64,000 bases of DNA, from assembly GCF_018350175.1 (NCBI RefSeq), contig NC_058368.1, forward strand, positions 24,368,001 through 24,432,000. Reading direction: 5' to 3'. Numbering within the stretch: position 1 is the first letter of the stretch; each line of letters opens with the position of its first letter. The DNA is from Felis catus (taxonomy: Eukaryota). The notes under the pieces are model-generated. The model saw nothing but the letters and a program-made list of their open reading frames with translations, was not told the DNA's origin and ran no database searches. The position numbers and the translations under genes were made by a program. This document shows positions 63,090 through 64,000 of this stretch, in pieces.

Positions 63090-63314
63090 TGTTTTTAATT
63101 TTCTTTCAGTGTTTATTTATTTTTGAGACAGAGAGAGAGAGACAGAGCATGAGCAGGGGAGGGGCAGAGAGAGAGGGAGACACAGAACCTGAAGCAGGAT
63201 CCAGGCTCTGAGCTGTCAGCACAGAACCCGACATGGGGCTCAAACCCACGAACCGTGACATCATGACCTGAGCTGAAATCAGATGCTTAACCGACTGAGC
63301 CACCTAGGCGCCCC
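63090..63314 (-). mobile_element. Can-SINE
   Basis: Full body; TSD gtggaaa. Confidence 0.9.
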
Positions 63315-63544
63315 TAAGTGGAAACACCTTTTAATATAATAAAGACTCACTAAGGGGGAGTCTCCTACAAGATATGAAGGAAGGTCCAGGCCCACATGCC
63401 AGATCATGGAAAACGAAATCCTGGGAACCAAAAATCTACTGCATGCCACATGGTCCATATTCAATTCCCCTGGAAATGGTTCATCATATAATAGATGACT
63501 CAGGCCCTCCCCTGTAAAGCTGGCCAAGTAAATCTTTATGTGCA

Positions 63545-63780
63545 ATAGAGTTAAAGGGATATCCATGTGATGTGAGATTCCTTGGGTTCAATGCCAGCCT
63601 TTTGTAACCCTGGGGCAAGATCATCGATCTCTGTGCCTCAGTTTTGTCATATGTGAAATGGGGGATAATAATAGAACTTACCGTACAGACTTGGTGTGAA
63701 TATGAAATCAGTTACTACCTATGGAATACTTAGAACACTGCCGAGCATGGAGTGTTTAATAAATGTTAGCTATTACAATT
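63545..63780. mobile_element. MIR
   Basis: ctctgtgcctcagttttgtcatatgtgaaatgggggataataatag core and aataaatgttagctatta end. Confidence 0.8.
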
Positions 63781-64000
63781 TTAGACATAGGACCAAGACA
63801 TGAGAGGTATACGGTTTTCTCAGATCTTGAACCTGAAGGCTAGGTAAAGAGTGACTGGGACTACGTATTGCTCTGGGTCCAGTTGTTGGTTTCTTCAGAC
63901 AAATGGCAGTAAGCTAGAATCACCAGTGTAGAAACTTCATATAATCTCCTGAATCACGTTCTATCCACAGCCTCCAATCAGATGAAACTCAAGGCCAAGG

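Noticed and set aside
1..64000. A novel multi-gene or prokaryote-type system
   Set aside because: All credible coding sequence belongs to ESD or LRCH1; no foreign-composition insert, operon or intact transposase/RT was seen

Overview
Mammalian genomic DNA, almost certainly from a felid: about 30 tRNA-derived carnivore SINEs (Can-SINE, SINEC_Fc-like) with target-site duplications are present. Two genes converge. The last coding exon of ESD (esterase D / S-formylglutathione hydrolase) is on + at 1414-1494. The 3' half of LRCH1 is on -: nine internal exons between 61895 and 35551, all phase-compatible with GT-AG sites, and two alternative last exons (26170-26376 encoding a C-terminal transmembrane tail, 17644-17754 encoding a soluble tail). 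The rest is intron, UTR and intergenic DNA with SINE, L1, L2, MIR, MLT2 and DNA-transposon relics. Nearly all ORFs in the supplied track are spurious. I found no evidence of a new protein-coding or prokaryote-type system. The best leads concern LRCH1 isoform regulation: paralogous-looking last exons, a CTCF motif in the proximal 3' UTR, miR-17~92 seed sites in the distal 3' UTR, RBFOX motifs around a cassette exon, inverted SINEs around CH-domain exons, a candidate poison exon and a duplicated long palindrome. Gene and repeat names come from recognition, not database searches; repeat boundaries are approximate.
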